Source: Tubulanus polymorphus
Taxonomy: Eukaryota; Animalia; Nemertea
Assembly: GCF_964204645.1 (NCBI RefSeq)
Contig: NC_134027.1
Span: forward strand, 12,184,485-12,248,484
Direction of reading: 5' to 3'
DNA: 64,000 nt
Every line of letters begins with the position of its first letter. The stretch's first letter is position 1. Made by a program: the position numbers and the translations under genes. Shown piece by piece: positions 10,872-22,783 of the stretch. Below the pieces are notes generated by a model. The model worked only from the letters and a program-made list of their open reading frames with translations. It was not told the DNA's origin and made no database searches.

Positions 10872-13800
10872 ATGGAAGCAAATAAGTACTACTGCCCAAC
10901 ATGTAATATCAATATAGATAAATCCCAAAAAGCAAGACACAATAAAACTAAAACACATTTAGATAATAAATTGAAACTAGAATATAAAGATGATATATTA
11001 GAATCTAAATTAGATGAATTAAAGAATGAAAAAGAAACATACAAATGTGATACATGTAATCAATCATTCAGTGATAAAAGATATTATAATGAACATTTAA
11101 AATCTAAAAGTCATATTAGAAATATGAATAATGATATTTTAGGTGAAGATTATTTTGATAATGATAATGATAAGAAACAGAAGACAATTAAAAGCATAAA
11201 AAATAAATTAAACAATAAAAGACCATACATGGAAGATGTAAGAAATTATATTAATTCATTAGATAATAAAAAAGATATAGAGATAACCGAAGCATTTAAA
11301 AGTGATATTGGTCCAGCAGCTATCGAGTTTAAATTTCATAAAGGAAAAACAGAAGAAAATAAAAAACATTTAGAAAATATGAAAAATATTATAAAAATAA
11401 TTACTGATGTTGAATATCCTAAAATAAGTATTTCATCAAAAGTAAAGTTTATAAAATCTGAAGATAAACCAATATATAATATAAATTCTCATTCACAACA
11501 TATTATTTCAAAACAACATATAGATGATAAATATAAATTAGATAAATGTTATAATGAAGTAAAAACTAAAATAGAAGAGAAATATTTTGAAGGATCTGGT
11601 TTAATATTTGATGAAATAATATTTATGACTTTACATGTTTATAACACAAAATATAATAAGTTAACTAAATCAAATAGATGAAAATAATATATCATATTAT
11701 AAAGAACCAGATATTGAAGCATCGAGTTATATCAAACTACCATTTAAAACTAATGCTGTAATAAATGTACAAAATGAAGATGATAAATGTTTTCTATGGG
11801 CTATAATAAGTTGTTTACATCCAACAGAAGATATTACACATAGTTTTAGATTAACTCATTATAAACCATTTGAAAATAATTATAAGATAGATAAGTATCC
11901 TGTTAGAATTAAAAACATCCCAAAAATAGAAAGAGATAATAATATAAAGATAAATGTATTTGATTTAATCAAATTACCAAATACAAAAGGTAACAATATA
12001 AAACATTATACATTAGAACCTTTATATCTATCAAAAGATTATGATTCAAACGATGTTATAGATATACTATATTATGAGAATCATTATATGTGGATTAAAC
12101 AAATAGATTTATTTTTTAAATCAGAAAATGATCACCATAATAAAATATATCTATGTAGAAAATGTTTACATAAATTCAGTAATGAAAGTACATTATTAAA
12201 TCATAAACAATTATGTGAAAATCATGATTATTGTAAATAAGTTTTACCAAATGAAAATGATAAGATATTAGAATTCAAAAAATATGATTACAAAAATAAA
12301 GTACCATTTGTAATATATGGAGATTTTGAATCATTAAATAAAGAATTAACTGATCAAGATAGAAAAGAAATATATTAGAAAAGAAAGAAATTAAATTCTA
12401 ATGAAAATGATTTTTCAGATGAACCACCAAAAACAAATACAATTAAAAAGATTCATCAATCAGCTGCTGCTTTCGGGTTATATATAAAATCTGATTATCC
12501 AGAACTAATTGAAAGTGAATATTATGATTATAGAAATGAAAATGTTATCAATCATTTTTGTGACTTATTAATTGAATATGAAATAAGATTTAGTAAATTA
12601 TTGAATACAAATATAGAAATTATAATGACAGAAGAACATAAAGAAGCATTTCCGTTTGCAGGTAAATGTTATTATTGTGAAAAGATATTTAATTATAAAG
12701 GTAAAAAAGTAAGAGACCATGATCATTTGAATGGAAAGTTTAGAGGCGCTGCGCATGAGAATTGCAATTTGCAAGCTAAGAAAATTAATTTTGTACCAGT
12801 TATATTTCATAATCTATCAGGATATGATGCACATTTATTTATCAAACAGTTATGCCATAAGATAGAAGAAATTAATAATGAAATAGAAAGATTAAATTCA
12901 AATAGATCAAAAGATAAAATACCAACTTATAAATTTAGAATGTTAGCTAAAACATCTGAGAATTATATATCATTTCAATTTGGTTGCCTAAGATTTATAG
13001 ATTCATATAGATTTTTAAATAGTTCATTAGATAACTTATCAAAATCATTAGTTGATGATGAATTAAAGATATTAAAAGAATATTACCCAAATAATGATGA
13101 TTTTAAATTAATGAGATATAATGGAGCGATTCCATATTCTTTCTATAAAAATCATATTGATTTCAATATATCTGAATTATTGAGAAAGAACAATTCTATG
13201 ATGAATTAAAAAATGAATATGTTAAAGATGAAGTATATAATAGAACATTGAATATTTGGAATCATTTCAAAATAGAAAATCATGGGCAATTAGTAGATTT
13301 ATATTTAAAATCAGATGTATTATTATTAACCGACATATTCGAAAGGTTTAGAGATGTAAACCTAAAATATTTCAAAATTGATCCTTGTCATTGTTATTCA
13401 TCACCAGGATTAACATGGGATTGTGGATTAAAATTTACAGATATAAAAATGGATTTGTTAACAAATATAGATCAATTACTATTATTTGAAAAATCTATAA
13501 GAGGAGGAGTTTCAGGTGTATTAGGTGATAGATATTTCAATGTAAATGATAACCCTGGATATAAGTTATTATATATAGATGCAAATAATTTGTATGGTTG
13601 GGCAATGATGGAACCACAACCTTATGGAGTATTTGAATTAACTGAAGTTTTACAGAATGAAAATAATGATAAATTTGATTGGAAGAAAAGAATCCTAGAT
13701 ATTGCAGATGATTCAGATACTGGTTACTTCTTTGTTGTAGATTTAGAATATCTTGAACATATTAAATTTAAATCTAGAAATCTGGCTTACTGTCCCGAAC

Positions 13801-14911
13801 ATAAAGCTGTAACTCATGAAGAATTATCAAATTATGAAAAAAGAATTAAACCCGAAAATCATATTCATACAGAAAAGTTAATGGTAACTCAAGAAGATAA
13901 ATATAATTATGTAGTACATTATAGAATGTTAAAGTTTTATTTGAATCAAGGAATGGTTCTAAAAAAAGTACATAGATATATTTCATTTAGTCAATCTAAG
14001 TGGTTAGAAAAATATATAGATTTTAACACCAAACAGAGAACTGAAGCTAAAACTGATTTCGAGAAAGATTTCTTCAAGTTTATGAATAATGCATTCTAAG
14101 GTAAGACTTGTGAAAATATTAGAAATAGAAATGATATTGAGTTAGTCAGTAATGGTAAAAGGACAAGGCATTTACAATCATATCCTAAGTTCATTGGTAA
14201 CAGAATATTTGATGAAAATTTAGCTGCAGTTAAGATGAGAAGAACATCAATGAAATTTAATAAACCAATCTATGTTGGCGCTTCAGTTTTAGAATTATCA
14301 AAATTACTAATGTATGAATTCTATTATAATGTATTACAACCACTTTTTGGAGAAAAACATATAGAAATATTATATTTTGATACTGACAGTTACATATTAA
14401 AGATAAAAACTGATAACATAACTGATGATTTAAAAACATTAAAACATCATTTTGATTTTAGTAACTATCCTAAAGATCATGAATTGTTTAGCAATGATAA
14501 TAAAAAATTCCCGGTAAATTCAAAGATGAATTAGGTGGTGAAGAAATGATTGAATTCATAGGTATTCGATCTAAAATGTATTCATATAAAACTAAAGAAC
14601 ATGAAGCTAAAAAGTTAAAAGGAATAACCAAAAGTGTAGTAGAAAAGAATATTCATTTCAAAGATTACATCAACTGTATATTCAATGAAGAAGTTAGAAA
14701 ACATAAGATGAGATGTTTAAGATCTGAAGATCATGAAATGTTTATTGAAGAAATTGAAAAGATAAGTCTAAACCCATTTGATGATAAAAAATATATTCTG
14801 GATGATGGAATTCATACAGTTGCTTATGGTTGTAATTTAGATGAATACTTAAAATCTAAAAGAGAAGAAACAACAGAGAACGAGATAATGAAAAGAATTC
14901 TAACGTGTTAA
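10872..14911 (+). pseudogene. Protein-primed family B DNA polymerase (pPolB) with N-terminal C2H2 fingers, an OTU-like region and an EndoVII/HNH insert; about 3 frameshifts and 2 nonsense codons
   Basis: GSG motif; SSYIKLP..NVQNEDDKCFLWA (~11720-11800); ExoI YGDFES; CYYC..VRDHDHLNGKFRGAAHENCN; FHNLSGYD; YIDANNLYG; KFMNNAF*GKT (TAA at 14097); YFDTDS; KKLKGI. In-frame TAA at 12238. Confidence 0.93.
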
Positions 14912-14940
14912 TCAAATTTTAATAAAAATATGTTATTAAA

Positions 14941-15294
14941 ATGGAGAGTAAACAAGCGCACAGTGAGAAAAACAAATTATTTCTAGATAGAATAAAAGAT
15001 ACTAAAAATGTAAAATCTGTATATTATAAATTCAAAAAGTTAACAGAATTAACAATCCATAAGAAATATCTAATTACAAATATTGATACAGTTACTAATA
15101 ACTATGGAGATAAATTAGTTATACACTTAGAATATGAAGGATTAAAAGGAAATACATATAAATTCAGAACATATTTACCAGATAGATTTCATAGATTATC
15201 AAGTGAAGATCTAGATGAATTATGTTCTGGAGATTTCTATTTCGTATACAAAGGTAAGAATGAAAAAGGGCACCATGAAATAGATTTCGAATGA
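14941..15294 (+). CDS. Small Polinton protein, possibly an OB-fold ssDNA-binding protein
   Basis: Intact 117-aa ORF directly after pPolB. Beta-rich pattern (KKLTEL...YGDKLVIHLE...YLPDRF). Shares its upstream motif with pPolB. Confidence 0.5.
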   Translation: MESKQAHSEKNKLFLDRIKDTKNVKSVYYKFKKLTELTIHKKYLITNIDTVTNNYGDKLVIHLEYEGLKGNTYKFRTYLPDRFHRLSSEDLDELCSGDFYFVYKGKNEKGHHEIDFE

Positions 15295-15311
15295 GAAAAT
15301 ATGTAAAATAA

Positions 15312-16082
15312 ATGGTAGAATTAAAAGAATACAGAATATTTGTAGATTCTAGAAGACTTACAAATTATAAATCTCATAATTTACTAGTACAATTAGATAG
15401 AGAATTTAAGAATTGTGTAGATTTAAAATTAGTTAATATAAGTTTATGTAATTCTTTTTACAATATATCGAATAAAACTATTGAACATAGAGCTTTTCTA
15501 ATTTTTAATAAAAATAAAAATGAACGGGCCTATATATATTTAAAACCGGGGTTATATAATTTAGATACATTAGCACAAGAAATTAATAGAAAAACCTGGC
15601 ACAAATTAGGTAGTAGTTCTGGGTTTAGTATTAGATTTTTAAAAAGTGAGAGTTCTGATAGAATAAAGATAAGGTTGTCTAATAGTGAAAAACATAAATT
15701 TATGGTAAAAAAACCTATAGCTAAACTGTTAGGAATTCTTCCAGATAGATCTTTTACAAATATTGACGCTACTACACCAAACTTAATACCTTACACACAT
15801 TTTTATATTTATTGCAATTTATTCGATCCTACAAAAACATTCGAAGCAACTAAAGATATAACTTGTAATTCTGGTTTACTAAACATTTTACCATTGAAAA
15901 ATGTTAAAGAATTTGGAACGCAAATAAATTATAATTTAACAGAATGTGATTTCAAACCATGCATTCCTCGTTTTAATAATCTTAGATTAGAAATTAGAAA
16001 TCATGATGGATACTTAATTGATTTAAATAATTTCCCTGTAGTTTATGAATTAGTTATAAGAGTAATTTTTTTCACTATATAA
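15312..16082 (+). CDS. Putative minor capsid (penton-like single jelly-roll) protein
   Basis: 256 aa: N-terminal IFVDS, GLYN, YIYCNL, and C-terminal LEIRNHDGYLIDLNNFPVVYEL pattern, as in Polinton minor capsid proteins. Confidence 0.7.
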   Translation: MVELKEYRIFVDSRRLTNYKSHNLLVQLDREFKNCVDLKLVNISLCNSFYNISNKTIEHRAFLIFNKNKNERAYIYLKPGLYNLDTLAQEINRKTWHKLGSSSGFSIRFLKSESSDRIKIRLSNSEKHKFMVKKPIAKLLGILPDRSFTNIDATTPNLIPYTHFYIYCNLFDPTKTFEATKDITCNSGLLNILPLKNVKEFGTQINYNLTECDFKPCIPRFNNLRLEIRNHDGYLIDLNNFPVVYELVIRVIFFTI

Positions 16083-16424
16083 ATGAATATAACTGTTGGA
16101 CCGAGTATATGTTTTGGGTTTGATTTTAAACATGGTAAAGAAATGAGAATTAAACTAAATGATGTAATTACTGATATAAAAAGTAAATCATTTAACAATG
16201 CATCAATGATTGATAAAGAAAATTATAATATAGAAAAAGTAATTGATTTAATTAAATCACCTTTAGAATATTATGAATTAAATGAAGATGGAATTATTGA
16301 TGAAATCAAAAACATATTATCCAAAATATATGATAATCATCAAAGTAGTAATGAAATAAATGTTGAATTAATCATCACTAAGATAACTAAATATTTTGAT
16401 GATAGTAATTTTTTTGATAAATAA
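16083..16424 (+). CDS. Polinton hypothetical protein
   Basis: Intact 113-aa ORF in the gene cluster, with a T-tract/TAAATG start. Confidence 0.6.
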   Translation: MNITVGPSICFGFDFKHGKEMRIKLNDVITDIKSKSFNNASMIDKENYNIEKVIDLIKSPLEYYELNEDGIIDEIKNILSKIYDNHQSSNEINVELIITKITKYFDDSNFFDK

Positions 16425-16646
16425 ATGAGTGATAATAAGTGGATAATAACTGGATTATATAATGGCGCATTACTATCAGTTGGAACTGTTGGTTATTCAA
16501 TGGTATTAAAAAAAGTATTCAAAATGGGAAGTGTTAATGTTGATAGATTTGATATAAATTATATTTTAAAATTAACATTAGCAATTACTTTATCTAATTT
16601 AACAATTGATTATTTAGAAAAACAAAAATATATTCCTCCCATATAA
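16425..16646 (+). CDS. Small hydrophobic Polinton protein
   Basis: 73 aa with two hydrophobic segments; TAAATG start. Confidence 0.6.
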   Translation: MSDNKWIITGLYNGALLSVGTVGYSMVLKKVFKMGSVNVDRFDINYILKLTLAITLSNLTIDYLEKQKYIPPI

Positions 16647-16673
16647 GAAGTGTGTAATTTTTTTGTTAAATAA

Positions 16674-17096
16674 ATGGCTTCTGCAATTATAACTATTATA
16701 GGATCGGCAATTGTTAACGCTTTAGCATTTACTGGTGGTGGATATTTATTTAAACATATTGATAAAAATAGTTCATTAGGAGAACAAAGAAGACATAACT
16801 TAGCGTTAGAGAAATACAATAAAGCAGCAGAAGAATATAGAGAAAAGAGACAAAACTATATGGATTACATCAATAAAGAATTATATGATCAGAAGATTTC
16901 ACATAGAGATTTTCAATCAGTTGATGATGCAATGAGTTTATATAACGCGGTAACCAATAAAGAAAAATTACATCTATACAAACCTAAATTATCAGATTAT
17001 TATACCCCGAGTAAAGAACAACAGAAATATGAAATAATATGGATATTAGGTGGAACTGTTATTGTTATATTTGTAGCATATAAGTTTACTAATTAG
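16674..17096 (+). CDS. Polinton membrane protein (N- and C-terminal hydrophobic helices, central coiled coil)
   Basis: 140 aa; N-terminus MASAIITIIGSAIVNALAFTGG; C-terminal TM segment. Confidence 0.65.
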   Translation: MASAIITIIGSAIVNALAFTGGGYLFKHIDKNSSLGEQRRHNLALEKYNKAAEEYREKRQNYMDYINKELYDQKISHRDFQSVDDAMSLYNAVTNKEKLHLYKPKLSDYYTPSKEQQKYEIIWILGGTVIVIFVAYKFTN

Positions 17097-17117
17097 TAAT
17101 TTTTTTTTGCTAAATAA

Positions 17118-17552
17118 ATGGATGATAAAGTTGATAATATTGATATTATTCCTCATGATATAAATAAAACTAAATTAAAAACATATTTAGAAAAACAAAT
17201 ATTAGAATTTGAAAGTGACTTAAAGATAAAAAAGAAAAAATATTTAAAAAGTAAAATTATATATTATTTGATTATAAGTGGTTCGGTTACAATTAGTTCT
17301 GTAATAACATTTCTAGCAATATTCAGTCCATTAACACCTTTAGCTATATCAATTGGTGTGTTAGGATTAAGTTCAAGTGTTTTAACTGGTATAAGTTCAA
17401 AATTAAATATAAAAAGTAATAAAGAAAAAATTAAAACTAATATAAAAGAAATTAATAAATTAAAGAACACACTAGATTATATAATAAGTTTAAATGGTCA
17501 TATAACAGTTGAAGAACAAGATAAATTATTAAAAGAATTAATAAATTATTAA
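17118..17552 (+). CDS. Polinton two-TM coiled-coil protein
   Basis: 144 aa; a central hydrophobic hairpin flanked by basic coiled coils. Confidence 0.65.
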   Translation: MDDKVDNIDIIPHDINKTKLKTYLEKQILEFESDLKIKKKKYLKSKIIYYLIISGSVTISSVITFLAIFSPLTPLAISIGVLGLSSSVLTGISSKLNIKSNKEKIKTNIKEINKLKNTLDYIISLNGHITVEEQDKLLKELINY

Positions 17553-17568
17553 TTTTTTAATTATATAA

Positions 17569-18820
17569 ATGGTAGATAGTTTTCCAAAAGCTTTCCAATA
17601 TAATAAATCAATTAAATATAATATTCCAGCAATAGATTTTAATAAGATATTACATATAGAAATGAAGTTTTAGATTCATTAACTAATTTAAAAATTTATG
17701 TTACTGAAACTAATAATTTTAATGCAAAGATGGAAAATATATTTCATGTATATTTAATTAATTTTAAAAAATTGAAAGATGAAAAACAATGGTTATTAAA
17801 ATCTAATATGAAGTATTGGCAGAACCAATTAAATTTTGCTGTTTATGGTGCAACAACAGGATATGGAATTAGTTGGAATGATCATTTGAATAATTCTAAA
17901 TATAAATTAATTCAAAGTTTATTTAGATTTCATACATACTTTCAAATAAGAATAATATTGAATGAATTAGAGTGTGCTTTACCAGGATCTAGATATTTTA
18001 AAGAATTAGATAATAATATTAATTTATCAAAGTTTTATAAAATTTGCAATGAATTTAATATAGATATAAATAATTCTGATTTTAGAACAAAAATTGGAAC
18101 AATGAGATCACTTCCTTGCCCTAAAAAGATTGCAGAATATTGTGCACTTCCCATACCATCTAATAGCTTTTATAATATCTATAATAATAAATTAGGTTAT
18201 GGTAAAATAGAAACTAAGGATTTAGAAACATTAAATTTCAATAAATTACCGAAATTTTATGATCATTTAAAACAAGAAAACAATAATGGTTGGGTTTATT
18301 TTATTTTAGAAAATAGTGAAGGATTTACAAAATCAGGTATAGAAAGAATAAATCAATCAATTAGAACTTATTTGATATGTATTCTAGGTGCACAAGTTGA
18401 AACAAGATCCCCAATAATTGGAAATTTGAATACATCATTCGATACACAAAAACAATTTAAAGTTTTATTTGAAGATTCCATTCATAATGATAAAAATAGA
18501 TCGATTCCAGAAAACATTGTAAGATATCAAAATTATTTAGATAAATCACATATTAGATTAAATTATTGTATAGGCCCTAATCTATTAATTATTTCTAATG
18601 ATTTAGTATTGAAGATGGGAAATATAATTGGTTATAATAATCTAATTAGATCATCAGAAGATGGTGCCGTACGGCACCCACACGGTGATATATAAAAACT
18701 GATAATATTCAACATGAAATAATTAAACTAAATGATGATAATAAATCCCATGAAAATACTAAATTAGCTATAACCTGTATAGGAATTGTTATAGGAGGAA
18801 TATTATATTTTAAATTTTAA
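17569..18820 (+). pseudogene. Polinton protein with a C-terminal TM anchor; two frameshifts
   Basis: TAAATG start at 17569. Main ORF 17730-18695 (WQNQLNFAVYGATTG, RFHTYFQIR). The C-terminus HENTKLAITCIGIVIGGILYFKF* is in another frame, ending ~18820. Confidence 0.6.
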
Positions 18821-18836
18821 TTTTTTTATTATGTAA

Positions 18837-20309
18837 ATGGCAGAAGGTGGAGAAGATATTCCATTGGATGACATGGGAAATAATAATGAAGGATATATTG
18901 ATGATGATTATAATGATGCAGGTGCTAATCTTAATGAAACTAATATTGATAATGATGATGAATCAGCATATAATTCTAATTTAGCAGATAGTGGTTCTAA
19001 AGTCCCATCAACAGAAGAAAATGATAGAAGAATTAGATCGAGAATACCTACTGAAAATTTAAACCCAGGTTTAGAAAGAGAAAATTTAGAAAATTATGAA
19101 TTTATGTATGAATTTCAACATGTATTTAAAGAATCTGGATATAATATAAATGATAGAGGCGCTAGACTTTTAGTACAAGAATTAAAGTTTTTAGATGGTG
19201 AATATTATTATCGTTTGAAAGATGATTATTATATTGATATCTCTTATAAAAAACAAAAAAAAATATTAGCAGAATCAACTTTGCTTAAGTCTGACTCATT
19301 ACTATCTAGAATTAAAATAATAAGAAATAGTAATGAAATAGAAGATGTAACACAAGAAGAAATTATTAAAAATGAAAGAGTATTTAAACAAAGAATCAAT
19401 AAATTAGTTGAAACAATCGATAATAATTTAGAACCAGAAACAAGTTCTGAACAGAATATAACTTCCAAAAATAGTAAACTTAAATCAAATAAAATTCCAA
19501 TTGAAAAACTTTTACCGAATGGATTACTTGATGCAACAGATCAAGAATTAGAAGATTTAGATATATTTTCTGATAAAGCAATTAGAGAAATTATTAGTAT
19601 AAGACATACATCTGATAAAATTGCGCATGATAAAAGTATAAGAGATTTTAAAATTAGAACTTTAGAAAAAGAATTAACTGATAAAAATAAAGAAATAGAA
19701 CAATTAAAGTCTGATTTAGATCATCAATTACTTGATGAAATAGAATATAGGCAAAAAGAATTACGTTTAGAAAAAGAAAAAGATGATTTAGAATATAACA
19801 TAGAATTACAAAAAGAAGAAATTAAATTATTATTAAAATCATATGATTATAATATTAATAGATTAAAAGATGTTTTTAAAAGATATCTAATAAAACCAGA
19901 TTCTAAAATATCATTGAAAGATAGAATAAAATTATTATTTAAGTTTGAAGGAATAACAATTCTTTCAATTCTAACAGCTGTAACTATGTTATTTACAACA
20001 ATAGGTTTAGCTATATCAAATGCTTTGAAATCTACTCCTACTCCCAATAAACCAGATAAACCCCCGAATGATAATAATTCTATACAAGATAAAGTTAAAG
20101 ATGGTTTAAAGAAATTTGCAAAATATTTATGGGAACTATCTAAAAAATCTGCTGCAGCATTGCCAGGAGTTATTGCATCAATTGTTGGTTTTATATTGAA
20201 ATCTGCAGGAAACATTCTTAACTTTGCTGCTGAACATATTATTTTATTTTTAATTACAGTTGTAAGTGCTATTATTTTTGGGTTAGTAAACATGATAAAA
20301 AATAAATAA
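18837..20309 (+). CDS. Large Polinton protein: acidic N-terminus, long coiled coil, C-terminal TM helices (candidate membrane-associated virion protein)
   Basis: Intact 490-aa ORF beginning MAEGGEDIPL; heptad-rich middle; three hydrophobic C-terminal segments. Confidence 0.7.
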   Translation: MAEGGEDIPLDDMGNNNEGYIDDDYNDAGANLNETNIDNDDESAYNSNLADSGSKVPSTEENDRRIRSRIPTENLNPGLERENLENYEFMYEFQHVFKESGYNINDRGARLLVQELKFLDGEYYYRLKDDYYIDISYKKQKKILAESTLLKSDSLLSRIKIIRNSNEIEDVTQEEIIKNERVFKQRINKLVETIDNNLEPETSSEQNITSKNSKLKSNKIPIEKLLPNGLLDATDQELEDLDIFSDKAIREIISIRHTSDKIAHDKSIRDFKIRTLEKELTDKNKEIEQLKSDLDHQLLDEIEYRQKELRLEKEKDDLEYNIELQKEEIKLLLKSYDYNINRLKDVFKRYLIKPDSKISLKDRIKLLFKFEGITILSILTAVTMLFTTIGLAISNALKSTPTPNKPDKPPNDNNSIQDKVKDGLKKFAKYLWELSKKSAAALPGVIASIVGFILKSAGNILNFAAEHIILFLITVVSAIIFGLVNMIKNK

Positions 20310-20329
20310 TTAATTTTTTTGTTAAATAA

Positions 20330-21551
20330 ATGAGTGGGAGTTATATAAGTCCTTCTAAGATTTCTAGAATATCTAATGCTATTAAAGCAGAAAGATCACA
20401 TCATATAATTACTCATAACCCTTCTAATATTAATCCCGATGAAACTTTATACGTTAGAATCCCTCGATCAACACAAAATTTATTTATCAGCCGATATAAA
20501 AGTAATCGGTAATAATAATAATTATGTTGTTGATAATGTTGGAAGATATTTGATTAAAAAATTAACTATAAAGATTGGTCCAGAAACAGTTTTCTCATTA
20601 GATGATTATAATTTATTTATGCATTATAAAGATTTATGGTTAACTAAAGAAAATAGAAATAATATATTTCAGGGTATTCAATCGGAAAACCATAATAAAT
20701 TAAGATCGGGAGCTAATGACGCAATAGTAACTCGTGCCACAGATAATTTGATAAAAAAGATTTATGGAAGCAAATATAAAATTCCATTAGACTTTGAATT
20801 GATAAATAACAACGCACCTTTATATAAATACGTAATTCAAGAAGATATTATATTTGAAATAACATTTGCTCCTGTAAATGAAATTGTATTATCTGGTGTT
20901 GTTAAAGATATGGGTTATAAATTATCGAATATATGTTTAGAATATGATACAGTAACTGATGAAAATATTTCAAGTATAATTCAAACTCAATACAATCAAG
21001 GATTTTCATTATTATATGATTATATTGATAAATTTAAAACCGTAACTATTAATGCAAATGATGAAATAATTAATGAGAATATTAACTTCCCAAGAAGATC
21101 TATTAAAGGTATATTAATATTTTTTACAATTGCAACATATACTAATGGCGCAATAAATGTTGATAATTATTATAATCCTGAAATAACAAAAGTAGAAATA
21201 ACTATCGAAGGAATAGCAAATAAAATATTTTGTCAAGGAATGAGAATGATAGATCAATGGCCAGAAATTAGAAAGAATTTTATGAATGAAAAAGTAAAAT
21301 CATCTGAAAATTGTAATATTAATCAAATTGATTATTATACCGGCAATAAATATGCATTATGGTTAGATTTTAGAACAACAGAGGATAATTCATTACATGG
21401 TTCTGGAAAAAAACTACAGAACACTAAAGATGGAATACAATTATTCATGACAAAGAATAAAGGAATCAAAAATTTTAAAATGCACATTTATATTATATCT
21501 GACGCGCAATTAAATATTGTAAATTCACAATTAGATAGTGTTATGTATTAA
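20330..21551 (+). pseudogene. Major capsid protein (double jelly-roll, inferred), frameshift near 20470
   Basis: N-terminus ITHNPSNINPDETLYVRIP in one frame, then a 370-aa frame (LEYDTV, RRSIKGIL, YNPEITKVEITIEG, LWLDFRT, LHGSG). Size and position fit a Polinton MCP. Confidence 0.7.
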
Positions 21552-21583
21552 AATTTTAACTTTGATAAAAATATATATAATAA

Positions 21584-22372
21584 ATGGAAGGAGGTAAAGT
21601 ATATAAACATATTCCATACATCGATACACATGAAAATAATGATGGTGGATATAATGTAATACCTCGTAATATAGCTTTGATATTTGATCCTATTTTCAAA
21701 ATTTATAAAACTAAACTAATAGAAATCGATAATAATAAAAGTGGTGTTGTTGATAATTTAAGTAATGTAATACCTATTACATCTAATAATGTAATACCTT
21801 CTACATCTAATAATGTAATACCTTCTACATCTAATAATTAAATAATATTAAATAGAAATTATTGTGATTATTGTAAAGGTGAATTTTCAAACGCTCCATC
21901 AAATTGGAATAAACATATGAATACAAGGGTACATATTACTAATGTTATAAAACGTGTTGGTTTAAGCGAATTTATAGAACACCCATTTAGATATGTTACA
22001 AAGTTTGTTTCAAATCAAAAAGTAAATGGTAAAGAATTATATGAGGATTTATTATTAGCAACACCTAATAAAGATGAATTAGATTTAACCGATGCTAATA
22101 AAATATTAGGATCAAACACTGTAAATGAAATATTAGGAGCAAACACTAATAAAGATGATAATGAAAATGGTGCCGTATGGCACCCACATGGTGATATAGT
22201 TACAGATATTGATATTAAAGATTATGTGGACACACTTTTGGTGAAAGATAAAGAAGAAACTTTTGATGATGCGGTAGAAAGGATGAATAAGTATAACAAT
22301 AAAACAACTATTGATGATGATACGGTAGAGAGTTTGAATAAATTGTTAGGGTCTGATAGTGAAAGTGATTAA
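21584..22372 (+). pseudogene. Zinc-finger-containing Polinton protein interrupted by an in-frame TAA at 21839
   Basis: ORFs 21584-21841 and 21917-22372 share a frame. The linker encodes CDYC...HMNTRVH. A 24-bp tandem repeat (NNVIPSTS) lies at ~21760-21838. Confidence 0.6.
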
Positions 22373-22783
22373 GATATTAATTATATTTAATTCAAATAAT
22401 AATATTAGTTGAAAATTGTATAAAATAATAGAAAATAAAAAGGGGGTTTTAAGTATTTAAGGTATTTAAGGTATCTGATACATATCTAATACATATCTAA
22501 TACATATTATTTGAAAATACCTTGAATTATATTTCTTTTTTAAATTTATGTTGAAACCTCAGTAATAATAAATAACCTTTATTATTTTCAAACTTATTCA
22601 TATATTAGTTGAAATAATAAAAATAAATTGGTTGAAAATTGTATAAATAATATTTATTTTAAAAAAGGGGGTTTTTTAGTATTTAAGGTATCTAATAGGG
22701 TATCAGGTATTAGGGTATCAGGTATTAGGGTATCAGGTATTGGGGTATCTAATAGGGTATCTAATACATAGGTATATAAATAG

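Noticed and set aside
19847-20293. 148-aa antisense ORF and other short shadow ORFs
   Set aside because: They lie opposite real genes and have no independent motifs.
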